A DNA stretch of 61,557 bases, the filler included. It is 4 parts of 4 records of this genome, joined end to end, with 100 filler letters (N's around TTAATTAATTAA, not from the genome) between each part and the next. Parts side by side here need not be neighbours in the genome. Positions count along the whole stretch, not along the records: positions 38,991 to 54,993 come from DRR378314_624; positions 55,094 to 61,557 come from DRR378314_645; 2 more parts are not named here. One strand, 5' to 3'. The notes beneath the pieces were generated by a model. The model saw only the letters and a list, made by a program, of their open reading frames with translations, did no database searches and was not told the DNA's origin. Positions 47,448 to 60,608 of this stretch are shown here, piece after piece; the stretch's first letter is position 1, and every line of letters starts with the position of its first letter. Made by a program: the position numbers and the translations under genes.

Positions 47448-47798
47448 CGCCATGTCGCCGTGTCAGTGGTTTCTCCGCTCGCGTTCGGTGCGATATGCGG
47501 TTATTGCGCAGCAGCGCCGAGAAGCTGAAACGTTTCCGTTACATTCAGGAAACGCTTTCCCCCAAATTAGGAGATTTACGGGAAATCGAATGTATTGTAC
47601 AATACCGAATCTTTCGATACATATTCTTCTTCTCACATGAGAGCACATCGCTCACGGCGAAGAAGCGAAAAGAAAAAGGAAAATAAAGGACAAAAAGTAC
47701 TACGATTCACAGGCTCGGGAAAAGAAAGGAAGATACATTCTACCGCTTTTCGAGGTGGTTTACCCGACCGTTGCGGAGGAGGAGAGGACTCGGAGCGC

Positions 47799-50700
47799 TC
47801 AGACCTCTTCCTCCTCGTCCACCACATCGTCTCCGACATCTTCTTTCTCATCCGGAGCATCGTCCTCCTCGTTTCCGAAGAGCTTCGCATACTTTGTGCC
47901 CTAAAATACATAGCATTGCAGTTGGAAGGCGTGGAAATGCGAATCAGTGCAAATCACTCGCACAGAGGACGACAACAAGCTGCACCAACGAGCTGTGCGA
48001 CAAGATCTCGTTGAAGGTCCACAGAGATCTCACACACGGCTGCTCTAATCGCTGTACGAGACCCCAGAGGCGTACTCCAGCATCTTGCACAACCCTGTCC
48101 TGTGCGAAATATAGGGTAGTCCATCGCATCTTACGGAAGAGTACTCTCGAAACCGTTTGTCGAGCGCTGTGCGAGCTTGCAGGGACATTGTAACCGCCAA
48201 TGAGCGTTCACGCTCGTCCTCACGTACCGCTTCACCGCCGAATCGATCTTCAGCTGCTCCGTACATTTGTGTATCTTCCACAACATCATCCTCAAGATCC
48301 CGCTGCAAGCAAACGAGCAAATACGAAGCGCATACCGTGGGAGAACAGCGGAGTGAGTTACTTCAGTGCGAAGGCAGAAGAAGAAGAGGATTCGAAGGAT
48401 CGAAAAAATCGAACGAGAATGAATGTTTTCATCGTTCCTTCCCGTTCTATATATCTCAAGGACATGAAGAAACGCTTTCGTACCTCGCGCTTCTGTTTCT
48501 TCTCTTTTCGCTTGTAGTATATTGCTTTAATAGGATCGCTGAGTAAAAACATTAGAAGGAGGCAGATCGCTCCTATGTTGAGGGTGATAATAAGCGTCGA
48601 AGTCCACTGACTATACGGCGGTTCCACTCCTTTGGTGTTCAAAAAGTTATCCCATTCCGAAGAATTGAAAGCGCGGCAGGCTCCTGGAACCATGGAAAAG
48701 GAATGGTAGGGAGGAAACATGCGGGGGAAAGCTGATCAGAAAAAAAGCGATTCTCGTTCTATACACGTGATCAACGGCAATGAAGGGAGAAGAAACTGGA
48801 ATGTGCGAAGCGAAAGAGCAGAGAAACAAACAAGCACAAACCCACGAGCATACCAGGGCAACGCTCCAACGTATGCTTCTGGCATTGCAAAGCACTCGGA
48901 ATAACAACGCGCGAAGGAGAAACGGTAGTAAATCGTACGGGAGAGCTCGGAGACTACGTCCTCCCAACTCGCTTCACGTCCTCTCGTAATGCGACAAACA
49001 AGCTCGCTTTTCGCCCCAAACTGCACCATATCAACGTACCATTGGCACACGTTCCGTTCGGAGAACAAAATTCACTATACAAATCCGCCTCCATTCCATA
49101 AACGGGGAAACCTGCAGTAAAAGGAGTAAAGTTCATTCGAGTTTATGTGAAACACGAACAACATATATCAGTGAGCAAGTCTCTATTTCCGTCACAGAGA
49201 CAGATACGTAAGTACATCGTGCAGTTCCAACTACAGAATTCTCTTTGCAGTTCGGTTTTCTCTTTTCTCGCTTTCGCCCATATTTGTTTCGGTTTCCAAG
49301 ACATGAACTGGACATGAAGAAAAAAATATTTTTCCAAGTTGAGATTCACAAGAGAACGAAGCGGACGCAGAAACGTACTTTCTTGCTGCCCAAACGGCTC
49401 ATTACAGGGAGTGTCGCGCAAGAATCCCTACAAGAATGAGCAGCAAACCGGAACGGGCGAAGATCAGCGTGAGACAAATCGCAGCGTACGAACGAGATGG
49501 CATACTTCATAATCCCGAAACCGTATTCAAGTGGGAAACGGTTCAGCAGAGAAATATTCAAAGGACAACACGCGGGAGCAAATTCTTATAGACAGCTGAA
49601 TACAAGGAAATACTGCACTAGGAAGCACGTACGAGAGAGAAAAAAACGTGCGACCCGGAAGGAACATATCATACGAACAAGAAAACAACAAGAAACGAAG
49701 CAAGCAAGCAAGAAGGAAAGCAAAAGAAGATCTTTACATTAGCCAGCGCGGTTCTTGTGCGCTGTGCGAAACGGTATTCACGTACAGGAAATTCGGTGGG
49801 AAAGTTTCCCGCATAGGCGAAAAATAGGTTCAGCAGGTTGATAAGTCGCGTTATCTGTTCGAGCATGTTCTCGTATTTGTCCTCGTACGGCCTATCGCAA
49901 AGAAAAGTCGTTAAAAAAGGATCGCCGTTCAATGAGAAGGCGAAGCACAACAAAAAGAAATCGCCACGAAAAAAGTGAAATGCGTGAAAGTGGGAGAAAG
50001 AAACCGGGTCAACAGCTTCAACGGCGAGATACACCAGCAGCGCGCTGAGCAGCAACGATTCAACGCGCGAGAGTAAGAAAGGCGCAGCGTTCGCCGCACG
50101 ATATTCCCTTCCTTTAGCAACTGCGTACACAATAATATCACAAGCTATGCAGTAAAGTACACACGAAAACGAACGAGCAGTGGAGCGCAACTACTGACCT
50201 CCACAAAGCACACAGAGCCCCACATTCTTGTTTATCCTTCGATGACGACGAGTATGACTGTAAGTACGACTATGGATTAGACTACGAGTACTTCGGCGAG
50301 TACGACTATGAGTATAGCTCTTGAGAATGGCGTCGACAGTGAGTAAGGCGATGGCTATGACTGTGAAGAAGACAATGACAATGGCGCTGGCTACAAGAAC
50401 AGGTTCAATTGTGAATACCGATATATGTACATACAATCGCAGTATGTGCATTTGCTTTGACTTCTCCAACAAATCGCGATCATTTCGGTGACGCATACCG
50501 TAAAATTAAAACAACGGCGAAGTAGAAAGACACCATTGAAAGCATGGTTAGCGTCTGCGTCATCGCTTCGCTTCGCGACGCTCCGTAGTTGCTCGAAAAG
50601 AGTTGGATGAATGCGACTGAGGAAGCTGCTGCTGCCATTGTGAGAATCAGCTTCTCATACATGTTGCTGATCTTGTAGTGCTTCCGCGACTCATTATACG

Positions 50701-53700
50701 GAAGGTACAGGTACGACGAAGGCGTGTCGTACGAATACACTGCACGATGGTACGCAAGTCGACGCGATTTCTCTGCAGAGCAGTAGAACAGCGAAAAAGA
50801 AGCAGCGGATTGGGAGCAGGCGTCGAGAGTATTGCACGTCAGGCAACGAGCAACAACAGCACACTACGAATCTCGTGCGGCCGCTGGATGGGCGACGGGA
50901 GCCCGCGAGGACACAGCAGATACAAAACAAAGCGAAGACGCGAAACGGCCGCGCCTGCCTCCAGCATACCAATGGTCATACAGAAACGCGAGCAGTTACA
51001 TGCACCCGCTAACGCTCATCGTAGAGAACTTTACATACTGTCCACAATGCGCTCGCTACAGAGAGCAAGAGCAGTGCTCTGCTAACATGTAATGGTTTAC
51101 GTTGTAGGGCGGAGTAAACGCACTCCACTGCGACTCGATCTTTTGCACACGCGCAGTTGCAGCGTCCACTTCTTCCACAGTGTCGAGGGTGCGCGGATCG
51201 AGATCTTCCAAATCCTACTTACAAAAAAGCACAGCACGAATAGCACCCGATGTTTAGGAACACAACAGGGCATACCGAGCTATACGATGCCGATATGCGC
51301 GTCACACGCGGACCTTCTGCGCGACCGGACCTGAGCCACAAGCACAGCCAAATGCGCTCGAGCGACGGCGGGAAATGCGTCCTGGCGACCAATCGTTCCG
51401 TACTTGGCGAACCAGCGCGCATAGCATCTGTTAAACACGCACAACTTTCGCACAGCTCTCCCTCTCTCTGCATTCGCTGCTTTCGCGGCGCACCTCGTCA
51501 TCGACCGCGCCTTTGCTGCTTTGCTTCCCCGACCGATCGTCCGAGACCGAAGTCGTGTCGCTGATCAGCTCACGCTCTGACGACTTGCGCCCAATATCAC
51601 TTCGTGAAAACGAATCTGCAGGGAGCCGAAGAGGAACATCCAAAATTGAAAATACATACAAAAATGTCCAAGTTGAGCCTCTGGACGAAAGGATCACTGC
51701 TGCAAAGCACTTTCAATCGGGGAGCAACATGCGCGTTCCGCGCGGCTTCTTCAAATCGGCGTGAGGCTCTGTGCGGCCGCTGCATACCTTCTGTATCTCG
51801 CGTAACTCGCCGCGACTCGTCGTTGCTGGCATCACCATCGCTCTTCGTACCGTAGTCGTCGTCATCGGTGAGGTCATCCTCCGACCCAGAATTCGAGTAG
51901 CTCGACGCCGAGCTGTTCCGTGATACACCTGAATCAGCGTGATCATACACGCCAAAGCTTTCCGCTGCGGCTGTATCTTGCGAGAACGAAACGGAGCGGC
52001 GAAGGTTCTCGTCGGTGTCAGGGCCGGCTCGTCCGCTCTCGCCGCGCGGTCCAGCGTCGCCATTCGCCTCATCCGCACCGCTGAAGTCCCCGTCGTCGAT
52101 CTCGTGCACGCGAGTGTCCACCATGGAAGCGAGCGTCGCATCGCTAGCGACGGAGCGAGCGGAGGCTACGCGATGCGCCGCGGGAGCCGCGGACCCGGAC
52201 CCGTCGCTGGCAGCGTCCTCGTTCGGCAGGCGTCGATCGGAGACAGACGCCAGCGTGCCATCGGTGCTCGCGGTGGAGCGGTCGGACGCTTTGCGAAGCG
52301 CGGAGGCGCGTCGCATCAGCGAGGCGAGCGACGGGCGCTTCGTCAGCGATCCCGCGCTCCCACCGCCGCCGCCGCCGCCGCCGCTGACAGTGCTACTGCT
52401 GCTTCCACTTCCCAGATCTCCGCGCCGCGTCCGGAAAAAGCTAAGGCGCTGCCGGAGCGACGAAGACGATCCAGCAGACCCCGCGGAAGACGGTGGTGTT
52501 GTTCCCAGCGTTGGCGAGTCCCCGGACCCGGCCGAAGCGTCGGAGCTCTCGCCGCGCGCGCGGCGGAAGAGATCCGTCATAGCCGACGCCGCCTGCAGCT
52601 TCGTGTTACTGCGCATGACCTTGCGCACCCCGCCGGCGCGGAACCCACGGAACGACGACATAAAGCTCTGCAGGCGCTGCAGACCGCGGCCGGATTGCGA
52701 CTTCTCCCCGTCTTCGTCAGAGTCGCCCCCGGAATCGGAGTCGCTCGCGTGCACCGCGCCGCCCGCCGCGCCCGCGCCATCGCCCGCTGCCGTGCCCGCG
52801 GCTGCACCTGGAGCAACCCTATCGCGCATCTGTTTCTCCAAATCGTCTTCCTTCTCGCAGTGCGCCGCCCACGCTTCGTCCGTTATCTCCCCGCGCAGGT
52901 GTTGACGGCGGAGATCGAGTGTTCGGAGGAGGCGCTTGCGGTACTCGTGCGACTCGGTGTCTTGGCGGAGGAAGTTGAACTCGACTTCGCCGGTGCTCTT
53001 CCGCACAAGCCGCGCCAGCCAGATCGGGATAGCGATGAGGAACCCAGCGACAAGGATCAGGCCAAGCAACATCACCCATTGGCGCGCAATGTCAAAATCA
53101 GACAGAGGATCCGGGTACTGAATCGTCTCGAAGCTCGCGATCACCGTCGGGCACGGATGGTCAGTGGTCCAGCGAATCGTCTTCGTCGCCTCGTCAATCC
53201 GCGGGAACGTGCCGCTCGGCGCGCTAGCCGAGGCGTCGAATTCCACCAAAAAGCGTGCCGCCATATCGCAGTCCTCCAAACAGTCCGCCGTTAGCGTGTA
53301 CGCGGCATACGTTGCATTGTTGGCGAAATCAAAATAGTTGGAGGGAACGCCGCATTCTTTGGGAACGAGTGACCCGATGACCGTTTTCGCGACAGGCATG
53401 TACAACACCGTGATGAAGAACAGCGCTGCGCGTTTGCGGAACTTGATCAGCTTGAACCAGAACGTGGTTTGCTGATACCGTTTCCGGAAGCTCCACAGCA
53501 AGATGTACCGCCCGATCCATATCACCGTAAGGACGCTCCACAGCGCCACCATCCACGGCCAGGTGTCGTCATTCGGGAATTTTCCCATGAGAAAACGGTC
53601 GAACGAAGTGCATCTGTCGGTATCCCAGTCGCAGCCCTTCTTGCAGTCGAGCCGGCTCGGACACGACGACTGCTTTCCGAGATGATCGTACCCAATACAA

Positions 53701-54329
53701 AACACCGTTAGCAACAGTAACCACAAAAACCAGCGCAGCAGCAACTTTCTCTGCGCATGACCCCAACGACGCACGTACAAAGTAATCCATTCTGAGCGCT
53801 CCATGCGCCGCTGATACGTATACAGGCAGAAGCCGTAGATGAGCGTGATACCAAAGAACTTGAAAAACGGCCAAAATCGGTATTCCACTGACGAAAGGAA
53901 CAGATCCCACTCGAGCGAGAGGATCGGGACGAACCCGAGAGAAATACCGGAAAAGAGACTCGGCAGCGTAAACTGCAAGCCGGGAAACGCAGCATACAGC
54001 GCAAATTGCTGGAAAAAGTTTGTCATGATCTCAAACTTGGTGAACACGTTGCCCGTTCGGCGCGCGCCGCCGTCCGCAAAGTTTATATTCACTTTCTGCA
54101 TGCGGTACGCGGCCTCGCCCTCGCTCTTCATCTTCCGCGAGTACCCTCGCATTTCCGGAGGGCGATACAGACCGCGCTCCATCATTTGTTTCGTCAAATT
54201 ATTCGCGTTCGTACGTTCTGTCGTCGTTACGCGGTTCCCATCTAAAACTTCCAGCGTTCGGATCTCTTGAATCGCAAGCAGTCGGTAATTTGCGTACTCG
54301 ATCCATGGATTATTATCCATTTTCAGTTC
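47799..54329 (-). CDS. LRR(cap)-containing multi-pass (~10 TM) membrane protein; 5' part lost toward the gap
   Basis: Exon 54329-51788 begins ELKMDNNPW..YRLLAIQEIRTLEVLDG (LRR C-cap), then ~6 TM helices and a Ser/Gly/Asp-rich tract. Nine further phase-compatible exons encode SYLYLPY..EKLILT, VLILR|PYEDKYENMLEQITRLINLLNLFF, LIITLNIGAICLLLMFLL and an acidic tail ending EEEEV* (TGA at 47799). Confidence 0.8.
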
Positions 54330-54967
54330 CTGCACAACGACCAGACGCGTTCGCATACACGCCAACCGCCAATAAGGAAAAAAAACACCGGCGATTAGAG
54401 TCCGTGACGAAGAGCTTGCTCGTTACAACAAACCAAGACGTTGTTGAGAGAGAGGAAATCGACCAGAAAGTAAAAAAAAGCTCACCATGGACACGACACG
54501 TCCTCACGACCCCAGAGAGAAAGATAATAGGGAAATCGGGATCGCGGTTCGCGCTGCCAGCGCACGGGGAAGCACCAAAGTCGCTGCTTTTCAACTACAT
54601 GTGTGCTCCAGCCGCGCGTACTCGTACCACGCGGAAGAGAGCCCGCGCGTGTGAAAACATCTCATAAACATGCTACAAGCGAGGAGGAGGACCACATCCG
54701 CATTCCCTACGAATAAGAAAATAAGAAACCCTCCCATATTCACAATCGCGGAACCAACAAGCCCAAAGCAGAACACTCATCTCTCTCGCACAGAAAGTAT
54801 CAGAAGCCAGTACGAAACCCTATCAACTCTGCTATTGCGTACGAACATTTCATCACAATACCATTTGCTACAGGAGAAAGTAGCTGCTAACCACATCATC
54901 TACAACGACTTTCATCATTGTCGTGTTACAGATACTCCCTCATACAGCCAAACAAAGAAATGAAACA

Positions 54968-54993
54968 AACACAACACAACACAACACAACACA
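54968..54993. repeat. (AACAC)n pentamer microsatellite at contig end
   Basis: About five copies abutting the spacer. Confidence 0.9.
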
Positions 54994-55093
54994 NNNNNNN
55001 NNNNNNNNNNNNNNNNNNNNNNNNNNNNNNNNNNNNNTTAATTAATTAANNNNNNNNNNNNNNNNNNNNNNNNNNNNNNNNNNNNNNNNNNNN
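54994..55093. other. Artificial contig spacer
   Basis: N44-TTAATTAATTAA-N44. Confidence 0.97.
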
Positions 55094-55464
55094 GACAGCA
55101 GGCACGGAGCGACTGCTCGTGCGTTCTGTTCCTCGCACAGAGAACAGCGGCATGAGGGCAGCACGCAATTCCCCTCTGACCAACCCCATGCCATCCTGAA
55201 AGCGGTTACAGTTTACGTGCGCAAGCTGCCAAGGCAACGAACGCTGTGTTGTGCATGGCGCATAATGCAACACACTAAAAGTCGCTACAATTCGCATAAA
55301 CAGGGATCGTGCGGCGAATAACTTGCGAGATTCACGCGCACAGAGGGCCGAAGAAAAAAATAGCGCGTGATCGGGCTAAATAGAAAACGGCAATGGATAA
55401 GCAGAGAAAAAAAGTCGACGACAAGCAGCACTGCAGAGGCCACCACGCAGGGCCCCACACGTAC

Positions 55465-58400
55465 CGAACGCCTGTTGACTGAGACTTTTTCACGCATTCT
55501 GAGCCTGCCAGATCTACAAGTCGCAGCTGCCCGATCGTTTTTAGCGTTGCGTCGGCTCCGCCGAGCTCTTTGAATTCGTCCTCGTGCTGAACATAAGCAT
55601 ACACCGCGCGCGCGCCCCGATGAGCGAAGAAAGTCGGCAGCAGGGCAGGAACAGAAAAGGATACGCAGAACTACCAATCGTATCTCATATTGCACGGGGA
55701 CGAACTCTAGCCTCGAGAGCACGCTACAGAGTAGCAATGGCAAAGCGCGTACTGCACAGGCCCAGCAAGGCACAGGAGAGCCGAATTCTTCGTCGTGCTC
55801 GTACCTCGCTCGGCTTGAATTTGGACCGCTTCTCCACAGTGATGGTAATCAGCGCGTGCGAGCGCGACGATACAGCATTCATATTTGTAAACGCTGTGGC
55901 ACGATGCCGATTCCCCATGTCCACGTAATGCATAACCTACGGGAGAGCGCGCGCAGGACGAAAGGGAACCGCCGGTCAGAGCAAGCGGGACGTGGCGCAC
56001 GGGCGCCAAACCGAGGTCACGCGATCCCACGGATCCACAGGCCATTCCAAAATTACAAGAGTGAAAACTCGAGTAGCCTCCTTGTCGAAAAAAGGGCTAG
56101 ATTTTATACGAACTAATTCTTTGGCACAGCGCAAGTCATAGAGGCGTCCGGGCGAACACCGTTGAGACTGTATGAAATAGCACTCGAACGGCAAGCCAGC
56201 GCCATCAGGGCTGCTGGGTCCGATGTCCCAGTCACCCTGCTCTCTCAAACCATGCAAGTGCATCTTGCACGCTGCAACAACGGAATCCACCGAATCAACA
56301 TTGGCACGACGCCGCCGGCTTGAGCATGCACATGTGAGCACCATGCCATTCGCACTTACTTCCCGCACAGATCGGACGGGATACTCGGTGACGCCGGAGA
56401 GAAAAACGCCGTTGTCCGGGTCCTCACTTTATAACAACGACAGCAACAGTACACAGGGCCAACGTTACAAAAATGCGAGCAAGACACATGGTCCAACACA
56501 AACCCGTAAACACATGGTGCAGCAGGAATCGGCGACATCTTGGAAGAGAAGCGACACAGAGGTGGGTCTCGCGCGAAGAGCGAGACGGTGTCTTTCGCCG
56601 AGACTCGTAGAAACAGTGGCCACATCTCGTCCGCAACAGCCCCGCTCCACATTTTACGGTTATTCGTTACCCTCATATACCAAAGAGCTCACTCGTTCCT
56701 TGGTGTAGCAGATTTTGGGGGGTATATAATTTTCTCGCGTTGCAGCTCGCGTGTTGTGTAGACAGCAAATAGTCCGCACAGAAAGCACCTACGTAGCTCG
56801 CCAGGACACACTGCTCGACAATCATACAGCGTACCGAATGCGTAGCTTTGCGCCCGTAGGGGTAAGAAGGTCTGAAATAATCTCCATGTACACCTGCATT
56901 GAGGAAGAGCGTCAAGGCACAGCGGTGTTGGATGCGAAATCGCATTCAGTACACAAGCGACTGCCATTCGCTTCACCCTCCCCCAACAAAAAAGCGCTAG
57001 CAAATATGTTCGTCAATACCGGTACAAACAAAGAGGCCTGTCCAAATCAGAGTAGGATATCCGTTTCGGCCACGCGCTGTTCGCGGGATTTTCTGCCATG
57101 CGCACCTGAATATACGACACGCGGACGGAATACTCGCAGTCTGGCGTGGCTGCGATCCTCTCGAACAATGTCGAGGCAGCACGGGGTATCACGCCAGCAG
57201 TGTCCGGATTCTGCACCATTGTATATGCGGCCGAAACGATGATTGTTATTATTATTAGTTTGAATGTAATACAGTTGGACAACTAAAAGAAAACAATAGG
57301 AGGTGAATTTCGAGAACTTTCCTTGCACAATCGTACGAACACGATTCGAAGCCCAGAAGGAAACTGGGAACCGCTGTTTTTCACGTTTCGCTTACCTTCC
57401 AGTTTGCATGGTCAGCGTTTCCCAGAGTAAAGGTTTTACCCGTCCCCGTTTGTCCGTAACAAAGAATCGTACCATTGTAGCCCTACTCTCTCCAATCAAG
57501 AGGATATAATACATGGTGATATCGCGCAGGGTGCCATGCAGAGAACGCTATGAGCAAGGAGAGTCACACAAGCAGCGCACTCACCGAACATCCACGAACG
57601 CAGCAACCTCGCGAAGACCCTGCGAAGGATACTAGGCAGCGCAACACGCGTGCTCCAACATGAAAGATTCGAAGCTGCACATATTATACCGCACGTAGGA
57701 AGCACACAATTGGAGCAAACAGAGTCGCTTATCGTCACCATTTCCTGATTCATATTAACTTGCTGAGCACTCCCGATACGGGCTGGCAGTACAAGCAACT
57801 CCTCAGCAATGATGCGCAACGTGCACCAGCGACTATGCAGCGAGCATCTTCGGCTGCGTTGCAGACAATGACCCATGTGCGCACTTTCGTCCCAGACAAC
57901 ATACGTCAAGTACTTCTTGTACGATCGGAAGCGCAACGTGGTCATAGACCTCATGCTGCGAACGATCGGGTCCAAGCACTGCATCAAACTCAAGGTCTCG
58001 GTCGTCGTACTGACCTGCGCACAAAGAAAAGTCACATCGGAGGGCAGCATGGATACATAAAACACGTGATCCAATATTAGCAAGCGTATCTATCACAGAC
58101 ATATATAATAGGGCGCGCTATATTCGAGCCCTTGCATCGCTGCCGCCCGGCTGGGAAGGATGCGAAGAACACGCGCGCGCGTTTCGAGAACCCGAGGCGC
58201 CCAACGGTCGCATTTCGCGTGCGCAGGAAGCTGCGTGAAAGGGAATACAAAAGCAGCGCAACGCGCATAACCTTCTCGCATACAGCTTGCTTTGGAAATG
58301 AAATACGTGATTCTACTAGAGCTGCTGGATGCGAAGGTATACGCTCTGCAAGCACGCAGCACAAAACAAGGCTCGCCCGACGCATGTTTCCTGTTGCAAA

Positions 58401-58898
58401 AAAAGCTCAGATCCTTGCTCTGATCCGACGGGTGCGCCAGCGCCCGAGGCCGCAGCTTCGCGATCAAAGCACAAAACTTACTCGGAATCACCACAGCATT
58501 CGGCTTTCCCGGCGCAACGTAAACCGCAGCCGATCCTCCGGCACCCTCGTGTGGTAAGAACGGCCGGATGCGTACGGCGACGTTCACGCGCTCTGTGGAA
58601 AAAGAACAAGAAGCAGAAATAATGCAGCGAGACATCCCACAGACGTTCGTTGGGCTCCCGTCACAACCACACACGCCCACAAAAAAAGCGGGGGGAGCAC
58701 GACAGCATGCGCGTTTGCGATCTCCTTGATGTACATATTCTGTACAAAAAATCGACGTCTTTCTCGCCCTGGCGGCCGGGAAAGCTTCCCAGGCTTGCAG
58801 TGCGCTCAACGCGTACCGAAGTGCGACTTGGTCGGCCGGACGAGCACTTCGCCCCGCGAGTCGCCGGCGGAGTGACCGCGCGTTGATATGGCCGCCAT
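55465..58898 (-). CDS. N-terminal kinesin motor protein, 9 exons visible, 3' end truncated by the gap
   Basis: Spliced: MAAISTRG..SHF|ERVNVAVRIRP..|..FDAVLGPDRSQHEVY..|GYNGTILCYGQTGTGKTFTLG (P-loop)..|GVIPRA..VSYIQ|VYMEIISDLL..|NMNAVSSRSH (switch I)..|LVDLAGSEC (switch II). Confidence 0.95.
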
Positions 58899-59588
58899 CG
58901 TACTGGCGAGGCTCTCCCCTGCGACTGCTGAAGTGCAGGAAACTGCACGTCACCTTTTCGCAACCAAATTACATGAATACAAGATGGCAGAAATTTACAT
59001 GTAGAGCAGCGTACGAATAATGTCAATGTCGCTCAGTGCGAAGCAACGAAACCACACACGCGCAGGCCCATGGCACTGCGAGGCCGAACACGAGAGCGCG
59101 CGTTCGGCACAGCGGAAGCGGACGATCCCGCGCGCACGGCGCGCCCGCCGCACTGCATAAGCCTGCCGCCGGCCGCAACAAGTTCGTCACCAGCTATGCA
59201 GTGCGCGATTATATCTTTTCTTTCGTGCAAACGTGTGCCCGCGCGATGACATCCTTTTCTCTTTCGTCGATGGCAACTGGCGCCAGTGACGCACAGACAA
59301 GACCTCGCGGGAGTCGCACAGGCGGAGGCGGGAAACACTCCCGGCGGGCGCCCGCGACGTTTCCTTGACACTCCAGCAGCCAAGCTGACTGACTGCGCCC
59401 TGATCCCAGAACTACGCGAATCACTCCAACGGCCACCACGCTGCGAACTTCCTGGTAACAGCGCAGCTAAAAACCCACCCGGAGAGGCCAACGCACTCCT
59501 ACACCGCTGGTATTGAATTGCAGCTCATTCCAACAACACTTGGTCTCTGCGAATAAGCAATAGATCCACACAGTCTTTCGCACAAACG

Positions 59589-60608
59589 CTAGACAACCGT
59601 TGCACAGGGAATTTGCTTTCGCAACCGCTCCGCAAACCGGCAGCGTTGGCAACAGGGACCGCACTTTAGTAGCACAGCGCACACGGAAACAAAGACAAGA
59701 GCCGCACAGAAGCAATGAAAATCAATTTTTGGAGTATCGAAGTGTCTATGGGCAGGGAACGTCCCACCGGGGACAAAACGTACACCGTTGGCAACGGAGC
59801 GTCTGTCGCACCGCCCAGCAGCAGTGATGCTCTTCACAACCGCGTGGCCAGCGCGCAGCACAGCACTCACAGCAGCGAGCCTTGCTTTTCCCTTTGCTGC
59901 GATGCGGAGACCCGGATATAAATTAGGTTCTTCCATACGTATATTCTGAGAAGCGATATATCGCAACTCGGCGCGCGTGCGGAAAACCCTTGTCTCCTGC
60001 TTCAGCGCCTTGTCTCGCGCCCAGGCAGCAGCGAATGAGGGACCGCATTGCGTACCTTTGGGTTGGAGCGGGTTAAACAATTTGGCTAGCGCAGAAAATA
60101 AATACAGACAGTTTAGCGGATTGCGGGTTATTTGCTGCAAAAGGAATCGGGTCGGGGTGATGGGTGTCTGCGCTCCGCAGCGGTCCGCGTCGCTGCTGAA
60201 AGGCGGCAAGGCTCGCGCGCGCACAAGCAAGCCTTCGGATGTGCAAATGTGGCCTGGAACAGCCTCTCTGAGCCACAGCTCGGCAAACCGCGTGCTGCGG
60301 TCAAGGATGGGGAAACCGCTTTCTGCACCGAAATGGCGCGTGGCTCGCCTTCTCAACTTGAGGCTGAATTCAACAACCCATGATGTGTACAACATGTTAA
60401 TATATATTTTCGATGCGTGATATCTTTGTGAAAGCAGCCGCGCACCAAACGAGTTTACATGACACTTTGCACAAAACAGTGTACTGTTTTCCTCTCGAGT
60501 GATATAGAACGAGTCTTTCAGCCTGAAAACCCGCCAGAATAGTTCCTTGCCACCGCTGGCCCGCTGTCGCGTCGCACAAAGACGCAGCGTCAGACCGCTC
60601 GTCAACAT
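59589..60608 (-). other. 339-codon open frame, possibly containing exons of an unidentified gene
   Basis: Long ORF not antisense to any recognised gene, with plausible internal splice signals (e.g. cag|QITRNPLNCLYLFSALAKLFNPLQPK|gtacgc). No recognisable domain. Confidence 0.25.

Noticed and set aside
50240..50320. Imperfect GAGTA(C/T)GACT-like repeats
   Set aside because: Short degenerate intronic low-complexity sequence with no CRISPR-like repeat-spacer periodicity.
51939..53294. 451-aa and 296-aa plus-strand ORFs
   Set aside because: Antisense shadows of the membrane-protein exon.
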